Positions 42,376 to 59,520 of a DNA stretch of 64,000 bases are shown one piece after another. Position 1 is the stretch's first letter, and each line of letters begins with the position of its first letter. Both the position numbers and the translations under genes were made by a program. The notes under the pieces are model-generated. The model did not search any database and was not told where the DNA came from. It saw only the letters and a program-made list of their open reading frames with translations. Source of the DNA: the human T2T-CHM13v2.0 reference genome, Homo sapiens; NCBI RefSeq assembly GCF_009914755.1, contig NC_060926.1. One strand, written 5' to 3'.

Positions 42376-45300
42376 GGGTGTCCCAGTCTTTTACATTAGA
42401 CGGGCCCCCTCAGAAATGCTTCTGTGAGTTACATTTGGCATGGTGCCATCAGCTTCTATCGGGAGCAATTATGGGAAGAAGTCTTGTGAAACCTGTCACT
42501 GGATATCGTGAGAATATCAGGATACCCTGTATCACACAGTATCCTCTTTGTGAGGACTTCTAGGAGAAATTTTTCTCAGCTCTGAATGACAAGAATAGGT
42601 AAATTCCCTGAGCAAATTGCTCTGCTTTTATTTCCTAGACATTATAAATTTTCTTCTTTACAGTTGACCACTAGAAAGCTAATAATCATATTTGTATCCC
42701 ACGCTTGGTTTGTTATTACGATTTTGTCAACCTTGCCTTCAGTTTGTCACTACCTTCACTTTTCTTTTAATTCCATATTTTAAAAGTCATTTTTAAGTTA
42801 AAGTTATTAATGCATGTGGGAAAATGTTCAAATAGTTCAAAAGAACATGAAAATAACAAAAATCTCCTTTTCTCTCCCTCACACGATTTCCTACCCCTAG
42901 ATTTTTCTCTCTAGAAATCTAAGCACTTCTTGTATATATAGAAATGTTTTATGCATAAACAAATATATGTATGTTATTTTAAATAATGGAATCATGCTAA
43001 TACACATTGTTCATCAGATTACTTTTTTATTTTTAAATTTCTACTTTAACTAGGTAAATTATCATAAGATGTAGAAAGAAAAGAAAGGTTAAGACTAATC
43101 CCCAACCATTATTTCCCATCTCTTCAATGTATCCAGTGTTAACACTCCACATATATGTTTCCATGGTACCTTATCTTAGTTATAACACCCGTTTGATCAT
43201 ATTGTCTGTATTGTCTGTTTTTTGTTTTTGTTTTTTTTTTAATCACCTAAGCCATGAACTCTTTGCAAAGTTGGATGGTGGCTTGGCTTGGTCATTACAA
43301 TGTCCCTGGTACCTGACACACTGACTGGCACACAGCAAGCATTCAGTATAAAATTAAGGCAATCACCCAGATGGAAGAACACATAGATGAAGAAATTAAT
43401 GCCATTTTCTTTGTAGGAAACATTCCATTAAAAAGCTAAAATTGATCCTGAGTATTGCACTATGATGCAAAATCAAGAAAACAGATTATTTTATACTAAA
43501 GAGAGGAGAAAATTCAAATGGAATACAAACGTGGAAATGTGCCTGGAGTGAGTGTATGCTTTCTGTTGCCACTATAACAGCAAGGGACATGGATCCTTAA
43601 GTGACTGTGGAATATAAATGAAAATTCTCTACATGTTTACATGGCTGGCTGAGAAATGTACTCAGCACAACGTTCAACAGATATCTATTGAGCGGCCTGT
43701 ATGTAGGGGCTCTGGGTTGAGCTCTATGGGCACTGCCATCAAGTTATGCTTTCTGCCCTTAACCTTTCAAATATAAGAGAATCTAAAACCTAGCTTTACC
43801 TCCAATCTTCTGCCCTTCCCACCTCTCCAAATAAAGGAGATTCTAGAGAAACTTCTCACCTTGTTTACCATGCCATGCCTAGCTAATTATCACCTAATGA
43901 GGCGTTGTTTTTTCCTGCTTTCTAACAGTCTCTCTTTGTTTATAAGGGCCCTGGTAATGTTTTCACCTAGAAGTTGTAATGCTTTGTCACAGTGATGCTT
44001 TGCCTTTTCCCAAGGGCTGAAATAGAAAAATGTTTTCACACTCTTCTAAACTCTGTAAGAAATACAGAACAAACATATGGTAAGAAAAAATTTGTTCCAA
44101 ATATATTTTGACCACTACCTGTGACTTTTTAAATATGTTCACTGGAATTAAAAAAAAAAACTTAAATAACATGTCTTCTTTATGAGAAAAACAATAGCAG
44201 TGCCATCATTATCTTTGGATATCCATTTTCCTCTAAAAATTTCACACGATTTTTTTGCTATCGCATAGTCTTTTTTATTATTTTCTTTTGGCTTCAGTTT
44301 GGTTTTGAATCCTTTTGAAAGGAAAATTTGTGTCTCATTTTTTAAAGGTAAGTTTGTTGCAGTATGGAAAGAAAATATTTGGCCCAGAAGCAATTTCCAT
44401 ATTGATCATCTCTTTCCTAGAGTATACTTTGGATGCATTGAAATGTGATGTTTAAACATAGAGGCATGATAATGAGAAATGCCTCCTGGTTTTAATGTAA
44501 CAGAACAAAGAAGTGTGCATTTTATGTGCAGACAACAAATCCTTAGGGATTACTATCTGGAGTGGCAGCGGGGAGCAGAGAGGCGGGAGGGGGTGGGGCA
44601 GTTCATACACAGCCTGGACAATCTGAGTTGCTTCTTAGCATCAGCAGTTTAGCAGTATCTGTGTCCCAGGAGGATGTACATGTGACTCAAGAAAAGGGAA
44701 AAAGAGAAGCCAAACGAAATCCAAGTATAGTTGTATCCTAAGAATGAACATGTTAGGAAAAGGCTTATTTAAACTCGCTATCATTGATGTTCCTAATTAT
44801 ATTTTTAAATGGAATGAAGATTAGGAAATCATTTCAATTAGGCATGTAAGATTACCTGCTAGACTAGCAGCTAGAGAATTATGAGGCCTATTAATTATAA
44901 AGAATTTCCCAAGTACCAAATGTACCATTCGTAGACAGGCTGTAATTTGTGAGTTATAGGCAATAAGTGGAAAGGAGCACAGCGATTCACATAATCACAT
45001 TTTTCATCTCCGACAAAACCTTTCTCCTCATTTAAGGTTATGGGAAGACACTTTACATTTCTTATCTTCTGTTTATATTTCCTCCAGTGGTTCATTAGTA
45101 GTTCAGAGGGGTATTGTTTTTCAAGAGCAAGTTTAATGCCTGACATTTTCGCTCAAGATAGAGAAGTAGATTTTTGTCTTTCTCTCATGCATTCAGGGTA
45201 AGCAATGTAAAGTTGACAGGGGTATTTAGCTAAGAATCACTAGCACCTTTGAAAACTAGGATCCCTGGGGAGAGCCAGATACACAAAGTAACAAGATACA

Positions 45301-45808
45301 GAAGCATTAAAGCTGCCTGGCTCCCGGGCTCCCCACTGGGATGCAGTGCAAATGTCTGCAAGGAATGCTACTTGCAGCTGTACTGGATGGAAATGTTACA
45401 CTGGTAGAGCATTTTGATAGAAACGATTCTTTCTTGTATTGCTAAGAGTCAAAGGATAATTTTTAGACAATTTATACCAAAAGATTTATGAAAGTAGATT
45501 GGCTTACAGACATATTGCAGTCTCTTTTAAATAAGAGTATTCTGTGTTCTAATAGACGGTTGACAGAGCATCAGGACAGACTATTACAATACTGAGTGTT
45601 CGGTCATAATTATCTTCAGCTGAGACCTTTGAGGCCTGGTATACCATTCAAGGCTGTCTCTTTTTTTTTTTTTTTCAAATTCTGTACAATTTCCCATTCC
45701 TATAAACCTGGCATTTGTTTTTATTTTTGCTAATTGGAATATACTTTTTCTAACCAACTTAAAAACCATTTTGGAGCCAATACATTTCACATACTTTGTT
45801 ATATTTTA

Positions 45809-46283
<475 letters not shown>

Positions 46284-46856
46284 ACCCTGGAAAGAAAGCT
46301 AGACCCAGAGAGCTGGGGTCCAGCAGCCTAGCTTCCCACAGCGTACAATATGTGGTATAAAGTCTTTGCAGCTTCCTGCCAAACATCTTGTTGGCATATA
46401 GTAACTACTTAGTAGCTATTAAAATGATTCATCTTTGCCATGAAGAGAAGTCAGGCATAACCAAAAAATATCAAAACAAGGCTGAAGATTTTTCTTTTTA
46501 TCTTATCCCAGTCATAAATGAAAGCCTGGAATCCAGTGTGAATGGAGCCTATTGTTAGACCTTTAGTATCTTGGTAAAGCTAGGACCCGCTTGAGTTCAG
46601 ATCTTTAGGAGGTTTATGTTGTTTTGCATTCATTTAGCACCATGTGGTTCTCTCCCTTTGAGAACCTGATGCTTTTGAGCTACTGATTTTTCATTCTTGT
46701 TTCCAAATCACCATCCAGTTAAACACAGTGTATGTATTTTTTTCTTTTTCCAAACTTAAAAATGATAGTACTTTTAAAAATGCATTATTAGTTCAGTTGA
46801 TGATTCATGCCTTTTAGATTTTTGAAATTATGTTTGATTAAAGATTATAAATTTAA

Positions 46857-47084
<228 letters not shown>

Positions 47085-47629
47085 TAATTTTAAATTCACA
47101 TTTTCTATATAGAGATTTTGAAAACTAAAATTGGGTTGATTTCTTTACTATCATTCATATACATATTGTATCGTTCACATTATATTGTACTTTGCCTTTT
47201 CACTTATTATATGGTATTTGAAAATATTTTTCAACAGTTACATAAAAAACATTATGTAGATCCACCGTAGGTATTCTTGTAGTGTTATATGTAATATATA
47301 CTTTAAAAAAAATCTCTAAATTTTTCTTCAGTCTTAAAATCTGTTGGAATTGGTTATGGGTGATTTTTTGTTTGTTTGTTTGTTGCTTTGTTTTTTGGTC
47401 TTTGGTAGAATTTGGGTCAGTTAAAAAAAATGGCTGCTCTTCACTGCTTTTCAGTAATATGTCAGCAACTAACATCAATTCCCTTTTCTCCCAGCAACTA
47501 TATAAAAATGTTGCAAACAGAAAGGCTGCTTCTGCATTTCCATTGGAGTTCTGGGTGCTCCATTCAGCCAGATAAGTGGGATGGCCATTGTGTTTCGCCC
47601 TTCTGAACAGTTCTGAACAGCTGCTGTTA

Positions 47630-48620
47630 CCTCTCAGAGCCCGTTCTCCTTTTCTTCTTAGCTGCACACTCAGCTGCCAACTCGACAGCCCCTGCCTTAC
47701 TTGCAGCCAAGGGCTAGGATGTTTTGGTGGTGAATAACATACATGAGAAGTGTTGTGGGGAAGGCCTTCTGGGTAGTCTCCTCAGAGGCAAGCAGGAGGC
47801 CCTTCCTTATCTCTTCCTGCACCTTCCACACAGATGTGATGGCACTAGCAGCTTCCTTGGATGTTAGGGACTAAGTCTACACCTTAAGAGTGGCAGGGCA
47901 GTGAACTGGGAGGGTTACAAAAAAGGGGTCCCAATCCAGACCCCAAGAGAGTGTTCTTGGATCTTGTGCAAGAAAGAATTCAGGGTGAGTCCACAGTGCA
48001 AAGTGAAAGCAAGTTTATTAAGAATGTAAGGGAATAAAAGAATGGCTACTCCATAGACAGAGCAGCCCCAAGGGCTGCTGCTTGCCCATTTTTATGGTTA
48101 CTTTTTGGTGATAGGCTAAACAAGGGGTGGATTATTCGTGGTTCCCTTTTTAGACCATATAGGGTAACTTCCTGATGTTGCCATGGCATTTGTAAACTGT
48201 CATGGTGCTGGTGGGAGTGTAGCAGTGAGGATGCCCAGAGGTCACTCTCATCACCATTTTGGCTTTGGTGGGTTTTGGCCAGCTCCTTTACTGCAAACTG
48301 TTTTATCAGCAACGTCTTTATGACCTGTATTTTGTGCTGACCTCCTATCTCATCCTGTGACTTAGAATGCCTTAACCGTCTGAGAGTGCAGCCCAGTAGG
48401 TTTCAGCCTCATTTTACCCAGCTCCTATTTAAGATGGAGTTACTCTGGTTCACACGCCTCTGACAGGAAGAACCCAGGTCCCTGATGACATCATGGTACT
48501 ATGATACCTGCCCTGGATCACTGTCTGCAGGCTTTTTACAAAACAAATGAATGCCTACCTTGTCTTGAGCTTCTGTTTCTTTGAGTTTTTCTGTTCTTTG
48601 CAGCCAAATCTAACCTACAC
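47630..48620 (+). mobile_element. Old MLT1 (J-like) LTR split by the MER41A insertion
   Basis: GATGTGATGG..GCAGC..CTTGGA before the insert. GGTCCCTGATGACATC...TCTGTT..TTGCAGCCAAA after it. Confidence 0.55.
47913..48465 (-). mobile_element. MER41A solo LTR (ERV1)
   Basis: The minus strand starts TGTCAGAGGCGTGTGAACCAGAGTAACTCCATCTT. It is ~553 bp, with 4-bp flanks GGAG/GGAA. Confidence 0.9.
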
Positions 48621-49029
48621 AAACACAGTTGCCACATCTTTTCTAGGATCCTTCAACAATCATATATGAGGTTTCTTGGCAGAAGTGAATGGAAAGGTAA
48701 ATGAAAAGATGGTTTTTACTGGTAAACAGCCACAAATTCTACAAGTGTTCATTTTTCCTGAAGTGTATGAGTCTCTTAAGGTATTTAAATTTTAGACTTC
48801 CCATGATACTAGCTTCTGCTCTAGCATTTTATGAAAAAAAAAATAAGGAATTGAAATACGGTGGGTATAACATAAGTTATTTAAACATTTACTACCAATT
48901 ACTTAAGTTTTTGCTTAGCAATAATTGTAATAAGAGGCTGCCTTTGCTGACTGAGCCAGGTAAGTGCTGTTTGTGGAAGCTCGTCCCATGGGAGATCTCA
49001 TGGGACACACAGCACCCTCGGATGGTGGG

Positions 49030-49380
49030 AACTATTGTATCTCTCATTAACAGATGAGGAAATACTCCCCAGCCCTCCCTAGTAACCTAATCTCCCCCTT
49101 AACCTTCTCTTCATTTTCATTTTTCCAACATGCTCATCACCTTCTCTCTTACTGTATTTATCTGTTGATTTATTTTGCCTGCTCTGCACAGTAAAATAGA
49201 AGCTCTGTGAGGCCAAGTATCTTTACATGTTCACTGCTGTATACTACATACCTACAACAGTGACTGACATACAGTAGTCAGTAAACTCTCACTGAAATAA
49301 AACAAGATTATGCAACTAGTAAGTGAACGAACTACAGTTTGAGCCCAAGAGGTCTAGCTCAAGAAGTTATATACTCTGAA
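49030..49380. mobile_element. MIR (-) interrupted by an L2 3' fragment (+)
   Basis: ACAGATGAGGAAA is broken off at ~49061. L2-type AAGCTCTGTGAGG...TGTTCACTGCTGTAT follows, and MIR-like GTTTGAGCCCAAG resumes near 49340. Confidence 0.5.
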
Positions 49381-49464
49381 TTATTATGGCATATTATCTT
49401 CCAAGCTGCTCACATTTTCTGTTGGCAAAGTGATGTTATTAAATAACTTGGAGGTTTTAAGAAT

Positions 49465-49493
49465 TTTTTTAAAAAATTAGTAGACTGTGTGTG

Positions 49494-49528
<35 letters not shown>

Positions 49529-50215
49529 AGTTTTAGGTTTAGAGAAAAATTGAATGGAAAATATGGAGTATTCCCATATACCCTTCACCCTGCCATCATC
49601 ACCCCCTGACCCCTGCACTCCCCAGTTTTCCCTTTTATTTACATCTTGCATTATTAGTGGTACTTTTGTTACAGTTGATGAGCCAATATTAAAACACTAT
49701 TGTTGGCTAAAGTGCATAGTTTACATTAAGGTTCACTCTTAGTGTTGTATATTCTATGGATCTGGACAAATGTATAATGACATGCATCCACCATTACACT
49801 GTCATGGAGAGTAGCATTGTTGCCTTAAAAATTTTCTTCTCTGCCTGTTCATCCCTTCCTTCCTCCCTAGACCTGGCAACCACTCATCTTCTTACTTTCT
49901 CCAAAGTTTTACCTTTTTCAGAATGTCATATAATTGGAATCATACAATATGTAGACTTTTCAGATTGGCCTCTTTCACTTAGTAGTATGCATTTAAGCTT
50001 CTTCCGTGTCTGTTTTGTGGTTTGATGGCTCACTTCTTTTCTTCTTACCTCTGAATCATATTCCATTGTGTGGATATACCACAGTGTATTCATCTGACAG
50101 ACATCTTGGTTGCTTCAATATTTTGGTATAAACATTTATGTGAATGTTTTCATGTGGGCGTGAGTCTTCAGTTCATTTGGATAAATACCAAGGAGTGTGA
50201 TTGCTAGGTCAAACA
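49465..50215 (-). mobile_element. L1MC-type 3' fragment containing (TG)n at 49486-49528
   Basis: TTTGTTACAGTTGATGAGCCAATATT, CTGGCAACCACTCATCT and ATACCAAGGAGTGTGATTGCT. Confidence 0.8.
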
Positions 50216-51733
50216 ATATTCATTTTCACTGTGTCTTTATAAAGGGCCTGCATTGAGAACCCACATTGAGAAGCAGTTTAAATTTGAGTGAGGCATGCAT
50301 GAGTGGTGCCACGTTTCCTTTTTCAGGTTCTCCTCTCTTTGAGTCTCCTAAAACCATATTCCAATGCTGTGTATAAAAGGCCTGAGATATTCATAAACTA
50401 AGAAGACACTGTTTCTCAAGGGCTCAAACGAGTTCTCATGCTGTCAGCATGTCATAATATTAATAATGCATATCTTGTGTTTATATTGTGCTATATCATG
50501 CCAGTTAAGAGGTAATCTACATACATTTGATAATCTTTGTTAATTCTCACCAAAAATAAGATTTATGTCACAAAAAGCTGGCAAAAGTTTTCACATATGA
50601 CATGGATAAGGCTCCTCTGTTTTCTACACTATAGCTTGTCATTATTTTATTTTTTCTTTTCATTATAAATTAAGCAAAGCAATATATTTCGGATTGGGAT
50701 TTTCTGTGTTTAACAGGTGGATGTTCCATGCTGTCCTAGTGACATTTAGAAAACCTTTAAGCAGGAAAACCCCAGATCTTATCTGCCCGTGCACTTTGTC
50801 AGTTTCTTGCACAGGCGAGGGTGAACAAGTAGCACAGCATCTCAGTTCTGTTTTATAGGTAAAGTGGCCATTGTGTTCTGGTGGCTTAGAGAGGTTTCCT
50901 GTAGTGCTTTTCTTTATCCACCCAAGCCCAGCCCTGCCTCTTGAGCCTTCTTCCATGTCACACTCTCCTGCCTGCCTTTACCAAATGTGAGCTATCAATT
51001 CTGCACTCGATATGTTTTGTCACATGAAATAAAAGTTATCAGAGACTTGAGTGCATTTGTTCCTCTTTTCTTATATAAAGCTCTCTGCTTCTGAGCTTTT
51101 AGGCGGCTTTTTTTCTATCTTTTTTTTTAAATATGTTCTCTCTAATGGATGACACTACTGCATTATTCACCCAGCCCTGACAACTCGGAGTCATCATTGA
51201 TTCCTTTCTGTGTTCCAGATAAGGAAAATGGAGGAAGCAAAAATACAGGTATCGGGTGTGAGCCTCCGTTAATTAAGTATTGGTGTGCTTATCAGTTTTA
51301 ATTTACTACATCCAAGATAATAGGCTAGACCTTCAAATAGTTCTGTCTAGTATGGGAGGCAGACAGGTGAACAGATATTTAAAGTAAAATGGATACATAT
51401 TGTGAAAGAAATATGCATGGAGGGACCTTCTGTGAAGCTTGTTTGGGGGAACCTCTGAACAGTCATGTGTGACTTGAGCATAATATTTGTATTTGGTGGG
51501 GCCTTGTAGGCAGAGACAGAGATGTTAACAGACAAATCTGAAAAAGTAGGTGGAGGGCAGATCGTAAGTTGTAAATCGATTTGAGGTTGAAATCATGATA
51601 AGGAGCCCGGGCTTTATTGAGTAATTGGTGTGGAATCAACAGATGTTTTTCAAATGCAGAAGAACAAGTGAACCTGGATTACCAGCCTCTTTTCTGATTT
51701 TCTTCTTGACTTTGCATTGTATCCCATAGGTAA

Positions 51734-52289
<556 letters not shown>

Positions 52290-52558
52290 GCAACTCTAAT
52301 CTTTTATCAATTTAGAAGTATTAAACTATGCTAATTATTATTTAGTATACAGAGCTCAGGTGAATTATTTTACTTTATTGCTTCAGCATATGGGGCTGAA
52401 ATGTTATTAGATTTTTTTTATATGCTAGAATTATACATATGCATGACTTTTGAGATATTGGGGGAAAATGTCAGTGCATTAGAAATTCACAGGATGGGTA
52501 CTGTAAACCATTGAAATCTTTATCTGACTTTGTATGTCCCTCGCTGTTCCTCTCTAGT

Positions 52559-53065
52559 ACATTAGTTAGGATTAGGTCTGGAACACCTAACAGTCAATCA
52601 GTCATAGTGGCTTAAACAAGAAAAAAGTTTATTTCTCATGTTAAAGAAGTCTGAAGTCTGATATGATGGTTCCATTATGTTATTAAGGATATGGGGACTC
52701 TCTGTCTTTATGCTCTACCACATTGGTACACAGCTTCTATCTTCCAGATTATTTCCTGGTGCAAGATGGCTGCTGGAACTCCAGCCAGCACATCAATGAA
52801 ACAATTCCCCAAAAGGAGGAAAAGGTAGATAGCTAAAAAGTTGTTATCCAGCTAAGTCATCTCTTGTTAAACAGCCTTTATGGACATTCCACACACCATT
52901 TTCACTTCATAGACCAGAACTGAGTCACAGGGCCCTATCTAACTGCAAGAAGGCTGAGAATTGTCATCTTTGCTTTTTCAGGAGACAGTATGTTCAACTT
53001 AATGTTGGGGTTCTATAATTATGGAAGAGAAGGGAGAATGATGTTGGTGTAGGCAATTAGAGGAG
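52559..53065 (-). mobile_element. Old MLT1 (J/K/L-like) LTR
   Basis: TTAGTTAGGATTAGG...AGTGGCTTAAACAAGA..TTTATTTCTC...CAAGATGGCTGCTGGAACTCCAGCCA...CCAGAACTGAGTCACA. Confidence 0.65.
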
Positions 53066-54416
53066 GAGGACAAGCAGCTCTGCTCAAGATAGATAAAGCC
53101 ACCCTCTTCATACTGAGCAAAATAAACCTGTTATTACTGGTATTATTGGGTGTCTCATGTCTCAGATACCCAGGAACTTGTAAGTTAAAAAAAGTAAAAG
53201 TGATTCTCATATGACACCTTAGTTGAAAATCATTGCCCTTGTGAATTTATAGCATTTGATCAAATGTTTCCCGGGAATAACAACCACTGCATAAAGTTAT
53301 ATACTCGCAGGTTACTCTGAGACATAAATTAGGAGATTGTCATAAGAACTCATATATCTTAACATACACGACTGTGTCAGAAGAATGTGTTGTATAGGAA
53401 CAGCAGATTTTCTTCAAAGACCAGAATGATTAGACACACTGGTCAAACATATTGAAGAATTAAGTGTTTATCATATGGGTCTTGGATGTAAAAACAGAGC
53501 TTCAGAATCCTGATTATACTATCAGTATACTCCATCGGATTCATTTTTGTATTACTTACTTTGTTGTCTTCTGTTATCAAAACATGTTGCAATTGGGGTG
53601 ATCTAAAGAATAAAATCAATGACATCTATTCCTACAGTGTTTTTACTTTTAAAATTCTTGCTCTTTTTGACTTCATAAAACTTCATGGATAATCACCATG
53701 GCTATCTTATAGAGCAGAGAATTGAAATGGAAAATCACACTATTTTTTAAGCTGATAGGATGTCAATTTAAATGAAGGAGTAGTTAAGGGGTTCATGCAG
53801 AAAAACAGTCAATTTGTCTGCATTTTTTCCCTTTCATTTTCCAACTTACCAGAGAATACCAGCCTCGTGAGAAATCTGAATTCTAGTCACATCCCCTTCC
53901 CCCACCACCTAGGTCTAATTATCCCCATCCCAGAGCTCTTTCCAGGACCCATGAATTAGCAAAGACTGCACCTAAGGATGCAACTTAGCACTCACAAGGT
54001 GACACACAAACTTAGAAATGGAGAAAGCAGTGGTGAACTTTTTGCCAGTTAAAAGGCAAGTTTACCTTTTGTCTTCTCTTATTCATGCCTTCTTTCCTCT
54101 GTGTGGATGGCTTATTTATATATAAATAAAGGTAGAAACTAGAAAACGACATAGTCAAAACAGAAAAGTGAAAGTTACAATGATAGTGATTTCCTTCAGG
54201 CTTTTGCTCAAAGGTCACTACTTCAGTGATGCCTTCCTGGCTATGCTATCAATATCATCTTCCCTGCACACCCTCTGACATTTCATATGCCCCTTTCCTG
54301 CTACCTGCTGTCCTCCTTAGCTTTCATTATGTTACAAAATACTGTGTATTTTTGCTTATTTCTCTTGTTTACTGGCAGTTTCCTCCACTAGAAAATAAGT
54401 TCTGTGAGAGCAATGA

Positions 54417-54804
<388 letters not shown>

Positions 54805-57094
54805 ACATGCATATTCTTGAATGAGTAAGTGAGAATACTTTAGGGACTTAATTGTGCCAGCGTTCAGTTTGATTATTTTTATACCACTTGTTAAAGTGGC
54901 GTCATTTAAATAAATATAATCTGAAGCTTAAGGAAATCCATGGTATAGCTAGTTACATCTTGTTACTATTGGAGCTTGTTATAGATGCCAATTTTCCCTA
55001 TATTTAGACAGTTTTTGATTACTTCCTGTTTAGACTAACTGTAATTTTCCTCTTCTTGGGTGTCCTCTTAGTTTTTCCAGGCACAAAATTACAGTGAATT
55101 GTGAGTCTCATTATAAAACAGTTTGATATTACAATGAGTGGATTTATTTCTATCTTTGGTTAAAATTTGTTTGCTGGCACAGTAGCTACATATAATACAA
55201 TCCTATTATACTGTTAGGTAAAAGATATCTGTTATTTCTATTTGCAACTCATGATATATGAAGATGGAGTCATTCTTTCAGGATGTATGTCCTAGACTCA
55301 GAAGCTAAATTGATACATTTTCACCCAGCTTATATTATAAAATATGTATTTATTGAATAGGTGACTAGTAATATTTAAGCACTCCAAACTAGGCTATTTC
55401 TATACAGTCGAAAATATTTTTATGGTGGCAAAACCCCTTCAATTAGAGTATCTTAGAAATGCTAGTTGAAGGTCTAAAATAGCATTGTCATTTAACTCAA
55501 TGATGCATCTATTAAGTGGAATTACACCTTAGCTTCATATAAGTTTTCTAGATAATACTTCTCAAAGTTGATGGAACAGTGTGTCATCTCAGCTCAATTA
55601 CTAAAGTTGTTTCAGTTGGAGTGAGTACAGTGTCATTGTCTCTTGCCTGTTTCCCGTTTAATGGTTGCCTCATGGATACATTCTGAATCATAGCCCTTGG
55701 AAGTATAGATTGAAGTTATGAAGTCATTTGTATACCTTGGCCTAAAGGCTGATGGCTCCAGCTCGTTTCAACTTCATGTCCTTTTCCAACATTGCCAGTT
55801 TCTAGTACAGTAATAATCTTGTTTTTCAGTTGTTTGCACAGGCAGGTTCTGAAAAGTATAGTATATATACCTGAAGAATCAGGTATTTGGCAAGTAATAA
55901 GTGAAACCCCATGAGAGTATGAGCCTAACTACAAGAATGTAAACATTATTGGGCTAATATTGTAGACATCAGCGAAGTCAGAAGTTTATTAGGTGTTGGG
56001 GTAAACAAAACAAAAAAGCGTTCCAAAAATACAACAGAAGATAAAGAGAGGCCTAATTCTACTTAGTGTGTTCTACTTCATAGATATAGGTTGGTCAGTG
56101 GTAGACTGTGGCTACTTGGCCATCTAGTTTTTATTTCCAAGTAAATGGAGAAATAACTTGAGATCACATTTTCTATATCATCCTAGTTTCATTAATCACC
56201 AAGGCTTTCTGTCTCATTGTTTTTAAGAGCTCTCTTGATTCATTCAGAGAGAAGCTTTATCTTATATTCAGCAAATCTCTTCTGTATTGCTGGTTCAGCC
56301 TCTTGACATAGTTCAATTGCATTAATCTATCCTACTTGTATCTTGCAGCTCCTCCCCCAAAAAATGATTACACAATTTTGGAAGATGAGAAGCTGGGAAA
56401 ACAGCAAAACAAGCTTGATTAAAATCAGAAACTGATTATCAAAGCATAACTGCCTAGAGATCAATTCCTTCCTTGTAATTAACTGAGGAACTCAAAGGAT
56501 AATTTCTCTATCCTAAATCAGGAGATAAACAATAAATAAGGATGTGCTGTTTATTTGAAGGACATAGTTTGACCAGTTGTCTTATTAGTATTGAGTAATG
56601 ATAAACCAAATTAAGATTTCATTCTGAATTCTAATATATGAAAGTAGCTATGAAGAGGGTGGGTATTAATTTCCTAAATTATTATCATCAAATTTTCATC
56701 AGTGTTTAATTCAGAAAATTTTATTTTTTAATACCAAACATAATATAAAACTTTAGCCTCACAGATAGAGGACACATTGAGAAGCAATTACTCACTTTAT
56801 GAGTTTTACTCCAACATTACAGAATTGCACAAAATGAGCTTTTTATTGTCCTGATTACGAATAATGCCCTGATTGTGTTTAATAAAAGTGGCTTAATATT
56901 ATCAGTGATTCAAAAGTCTAAATTACACTGGATAAATTGGGTTATTACCAAAAAAAAGGAAAAGGGAGGTCTCCCTATGATGTCAAGTTTCCATTCGTGG
57001 GGTCGGTCAGTACCACGGTCAGCATGACAAACCAGGATTTGTCTTTTGGGAGAAAAATGGTGGTGGTGAAATTTAGGGCTTGAAGTAATTCTAG

Positions 57095-57220
57095 AAATTA
57101 TTTGGTCCAGCCTCTAATTTTATACATGAGCAGCCAGATGGGAGAATTGGCTTACTCAGTGTCACCCAGCTGGCTAATGGCAGGCTAAGGCCTGAGAGTG
57201 GGGCTCCAGTGTCCTTTCTG
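57095..57220 (-). mobile_element. MIR-family fragment
   Basis: GTCCAGCCTCTAATTTTATACATGAG...GTCACCCAGCTGGCTAATGGCAG. Confidence 0.55.
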
Positions 57221-58499
57221 GTTTGCTCCTCCCTATTCCCTGCTTTTTCAGTAATTGCAGGGATTGGGAAATTAAGGAACTTTTGTCTCTCTACTCTGGA
57301 TTCCTCTGCCATTCATACAGGAGGTGTTCACTGCTTAAATAATTTAATGTTGCCAGTATTTGGCTGCTTTGCACGTGTTTGAATTTTGTATTTTCCTGTA
57401 GCATTCTCAAATAATAACAGCACAACAACATTTTTTCTTTTAATATATTCACTTATGTAAAATATGTCTTCCATGGCCATATGCGATCATTTCTAGACAG
57501 CAGATGACTAGGAGTTTCTCCTAGGATATGAGTTTGGGAAATACAGAACTGTTAATATGTTTGGAGTCATGATTCATACACCGTGACCTGTTACGTATGG
57601 GTTTTCAGATGTAGTAACCAGGCATAATGACAAGATAACATTTTAAAAAGCAAGTCAAATTTCATGTGCAAGAAAAGTCAAGCCGAGAGTGTCTGAGATG
57701 TTTTTGAGAGAGAGAGAGTTGGCTTTTCAACCTTTTCCTATATAATTGCTTCAAAGTGTCCTCAGGATGATGATTTTTTAGAATAGTTAGACCTTAACTC
57801 AACATAAATTCATTTTTAAAAATAGATGACTTGTGAAAATCCTGAAGGTTGATTAAGCTGTATTATCTCAAAGGCCATCCCTTTTCCTCTTCCACAGCTA
57901 AGGATTGTCTAATTAAACTTCTGTATTGCTAACCTTAACAAAAAGAGTCTTCCCACACTCAACTTGATTTGACTGGTTTTTGGCTTCTTGATACTAGTTT
58001 TGGCTTTTGGCTAGGAAGTTTGAGGGAGGGTGTACATTAATTGGGTATCGGATACTATTGATGTGACATTGCACATTCTGAATATTGTTTATTTGGCAAA
58101 TATATTTGAAGGAACTTACATCTTGAGAACTGGAGTTCTTGCCATATGTACCTTGAATTGGTCAGGATGAATCAGTAATGTAGCAAAGAAACTTAGCGGC
58201 ACAGTGGCTTAAGGGACAGAGAAGTTCATTTCTGCCTCGTGTCACAGCCCCACTCTGAATGGCCTAGGCCAGCAGAGCAGCTCGGCTCCACGTGATATTC
58301 AGAGACGGGTTTTTTTCTTTTCTTGATTTGCCATCCTTGGGCAGTGGTTCTCAGACTTTTTGGTATCAGGAACCCTTTACTCTTGTAACAATTATACAGG
58401 ATCTTAAATAGCTTTTGTTTATGTTATTGATGTTAGCTATTTGTCATATCTATTGGTATTTATTGTATAAACAATTAAAGTTGAGGAATTTACATTACC

Positions 58500-58500
<1 letters not shown>

Positions 58501-58530
<30 letters not shown>

Positions 58531-58805
58531 GAGGCGGAGTCTCGCTGTGTCGCCAGGCTGGAGTGCAGTGGCGTAATCGGCTCACTGCAACCTCCACCTC
58601 CTGGGTTCAAGCAATCCCTCTGCCTCAGCCTCCCAAGTAGTTGGGACTACAGGCGCACACCACCACACCTAGCAGATTTTTTGTATTTTAGTAGAGACGG
58701 GGTTTCACCAGGTTGGCTAAGATGGTCTCGATCTCCTGACCTTGTGATCCGCCCGCCTCAGCCTCCCAAAGTGCTGGGATTACAGGCGTGAGCCACCGCG
58801 CCCAG
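58501..58805 (-). mobile_element. AluSc-like with (TTTA)n tail
   Basis: TSD TTTACATTACCTTATTTA at 58489-58506 and 58806-58823. Confidence 0.95.
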
Positions 58806-58838
58806 TTTACATTACCTTATTTAAAAAGAACAACAATA

Positions 58839-59520
<682 letters not shown>

